The notes under the pieces were generated by a model. The model worked only from the letters and a program-made list of their open reading frames with translations. It was not told the origin of the DNA and made no database searches. A stretch of 64,000 bases of DNA from Eledone cirrhosa (Eukaryota), in the NCBI GenBank assembly GCA_964016885.1, contig OZ024742.1, forward strand, positions 166,160,001 to 166,224,000, in the 5' to 3' direction. Both the position numbers and the translations under genes were made by a program. Of this stretch, positions 61,401 through 64,000 are shown in pieces. Every line of letters starts with the position of its first letter. The stretch's first letter is position 1.

Positions 61401-64000
61401 GGGGAGATAATTTGTAAAAAAAAATCAAGGGGAGATAATTTGTAAAAAAAATCAAGGGGAGATAATTTCCAGCCGTCCAAGGGAAGATAATTTCCAGCAC
61501 TCCAAGGGGCTATAATTTCCAGTGTCCAAGGGGAGATAATTTCCAGCCAGCGAAGGGGAGATAATTTTTTTAAAAAAATCAGGGGGAGATATGTAAAAAA
61601 AATCAGAGGGAGATAATTTCTAAAAAAAATCAAAGGGAGATAATTTCCAGCCGTCCAAAGAGAGATAATTTCTAGCCGTCCAAGGGGAGATAATTTCCAG
61701 CCAAGGGGAGATAATTTCCAGCCGTCCAAGGGGAGATAATTATTTAAAAAATCAGGTGGAGATAATTTGTAAAAAAAATCAGGGGGAGATAATTTGTAAA
61801 AACAAAATCAAGGGCAGATAATTTCCAGCTGTCCAAGGGGAGATAATTTCCAGCCGTGCAAGGGGAGATAATTTCCAGCCGTCCAAGGGGAGATAATTTC
61901 CATCCTTCCAAGGGGAGATAATGTCCAGCCGTCCAAGGGGAGATAATTTCCCGCCAGCCAAGGGAAGATAATTTTTAAAAAAATCAGGCGGAGATTGTAA
62001 AAAAAATCAGGGGGAGATAATTTGTAAAAAAAAAATCAGGGGGAGATAATTTGTAAAAAAAATCAGGGGTAGATAATTTGTAAAAAAAAATCAGGGGGAG
62101 ATAATTTGTAAAAAAAAATCAGGGGGAGATAATTTCTAAAAAAATCAAGGGGAGATAATATGCAGCCGTCCAAGGGGAGATAATTTTCAGCCGTCCAAGG
62201 AGAGGTAATTTCTAGCCGTCCAAGGGGAGATAATTTCCAGCCGTCCAAGGGGAGATAATTTCCAGCCGTCCAAGGGGAGATAGTTTTTTTAAAAAAATCA
62301 GGCGGAGATAATTTGTAAAAAAAAAATCAGGGGGAGATAATTTGTAAAAAAAAATCAGGGGGAGATAATTTGTAAAAAAAAATCAGGGGGAGATAATTTG
62401 TAAAAAAAATCAGGGGGAGATAATTAGTAAAAAAAATCAAGGGGAGATAATTTCCAGCCGTCCAAGGGGAGGTAATATCTAGCCGTCCAAGGGGAGATAA
62501 TTTCCAGCCGTCCAAGGGGAGATAATTTCCAGCCGTCCAAGGGTAGATAATATCCAGCCGTCCAAGTAGACATATTTTCCAGCCGTCCAAGGAGAGGTAA
62601 TTTCTAGCCGTCCAAGGGGAGATAAATTCCAGCCTCCAAGGGGAGATAATTTCCAGCCAGCCAAGGGGAGATAATTTGTAAAAAAATCAGGGGGAGATAA
62701 TTTGTAAAAAAAATCAGGGGGAGATAATTTGTAAAAAAAAATCAGGGGGAGATAATTTGTAAAAAAAAATCAGGGGGAGATAATTTGTAAAAAAAATCAA
62801 GGGGAGATAATTTGTAAAAAAAAATCAGGGGGAGATAATTTGTAAAAAAAAATCAGGGGGAGATAATTTGTAAAAAAAAATCAGGGGGAGATAATTTGTA
62901 AAAAAAATCAAGGGGAGATAATTTCCAGCCGTCCAAGGAGAGATAATTTTAAAAAAAAATCAGGCGGAGATAATTTGTAAAAAAAAATCAGGGGGAGATA
63001 ATTTGTAAAAAAAAATCAGGGGGAGATAATTTGTAAAAAAAATCAAGGGGAGATAATTTCCAGCCGTCCAAGGGGAGATAATTTCCAGCCGTCCAAGGGG
63101 AGATAATTTTTTTAAAAAAATCAGGCGGAGATAATTTGTAAAAAAAATCAGGGGGAGATAATTTGTAAAAAAAAATCAGGGGGAGATAATTTGTAAAAAA
63201 AAATCAGGGGGAGATAATTTCCAGCCGTCCAAGGTAAGATAATTTCCAGCCCTCCAAGGGGCTATAATTTCCAGCCGTCCAAGGGTAGATAATATCCAGC
63301 CGTCCAAGTAGACATATTTTCCAGCCGTCCAAGGAGAGGTAATTTCTAGCCGTCCAAGGGGAGATAAATTCCAGCCTCCAAGGGGAGATAATTTCCAGCC
63401 AGCCAAAGGGAGATAATTTGTAAAAAAATCAGGGGGAGATAATTTGTAAAAAAAATCAGGGGGAGATAATTTGTAAAAAAAAATCAGGGGGAGATAATTT
63501 GTAAAAAAAAATCAGGGGGAGATAATTTGTAAAAAAAAATCAGGGGGAGATAATTTGTAAAAAAAATCAAGGGGAGATAATTTCCAGCCGTCCAAGGGGA
63601 GATAATTTTCAGCCGTCCAAGGGGAGATAATTTCCAGCCGTCCAAGGGGAGATAATTTCCATCCTTCCAAGGGGAGATAATTTCCAGCCGTCCAAGGGGA
63701 GATAATTTTCAGCCGTCCAAGGGGAGATAATTTCCCGCCAGCCAAGGGAAGATAATATTTTAAAAAATCAGGCGGAGATAATTTGTAAAAAAAATCAGGG
63801 GGAGATAATTTGTAAAAAAAAAATCAGGGGGAGATAATTTGTAAAAAAAATCAGGGGGAGATAATTTGTAAAAAAAAATCAGGGGTAGATAATTTGTAAA
63901 AAAAAATCAGGGGGAGATAATTTGTAAAAAAAATCAGGGGGAGATAATTTGTAAAAAAAATCAGGGGGAGATAATTTGTAAAAAAAATCAGGGGGAGATA
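58450..64000 (+). repeat. Near-identical copy of ~6.33-11.88 kb at offset 52,118
   Basis: All marker ORFs from 6394/58512 to 11394/63512 are offset by 52,118. Shared rare variants: GGAGTTAATT (9097/61215) and CCAGCCAAAGGG (11289/63407). Confidence 0.92.

Larger units (their letters stand above)
1..64000 (+). repeat. Composite two-monomer satellite DNA array (25-bp B and 26-29-bp A units sharing core YCARGGGGAGATAATTT), head-to-tail, running off both window ends
   Basis: Every line consists of TCAGGGGGAGATAATTTGT(A)n or CCAAGGGGAGATAATTTCCAGCCGT units or close variants. I saw no inversion or unrelated insertion. Confidence 0.99.

Noticed and set aside
58-63745. Numerous minus-strand ORFs (60-266 aa) with KLSPLGRLEIISPWTAGNYLPLDGW and FFYKLSPPD repeats
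   Set aside because: The reverse complement of the 25-bp B unit has no stop codon in any frame, so overlapping ORFs arise automatically. Most starts are alternative codons (TTG/CTG) within the repeat. Monomer lengths of 25-29 bp and A-run variation constantly shift frame, with no frame preservation.
1-64000. CRISPR-like repeat-spacer appearance
   Set aside because: The spacers are only 8-12 bp and of two recurring types rather than unique, the repeat is 17 bp, and there is no leader or cas gene.
1-64000. Telomerase-type telomeric repeat (G-rich strand, ~25 bp as in some yeasts)
   Set aside because: Two monomer types with multi-kb higher-order duplications over more than 64 kb indicate recombinational amplification, not templated addition. 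A subtelomeric location cannot be excluded.
1-64000. Iteron array, integron attC array or recombinase-site array
   Set aside because: No rep, integrase or cassette sequence is present, and the scale and structure fit satellite DNA.

Overview
The whole 64 kb window is one uninterrupted, single-orientation tandem (satellite/minisatellite) array. I see no unique sequence, credible gene, RNA gene, transposon or CRISPR array. It holds roughly 2,400 monomers (64 kb / ~26.5 bp). All share a 17-bp core YCARGGGGAGATAATTT and carry one of two spacers: type A = GT(A)7-10 (26-29 bp, ~30% GC) or type B = CCAGCCGT (25 bp, 52% GC). A and B monomers alternate in blocks of about 1-14 units, with stereotyped junction monomers and ordered cassettes of variant monomers. 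These build a 3.3-4.3 kb higher-order repeat (17 copies: two lineages X and Y plus one chimera). Larger near-identical duplications sit on top, at offsets of 1,951 bp, ~11.0-11.2 kb, ~18.9-19.6 kb, ~21.4 kb and 52,118 bp. All listed ORFs are artefacts of the stop-free minus strand of the repeat. The organisation suggests a recently expanded eukaryotic heterochromatic or centromere-like satellite, but host and function cannot be determined from this window. Offsets were derived by hand from marker variants and the ORF track.
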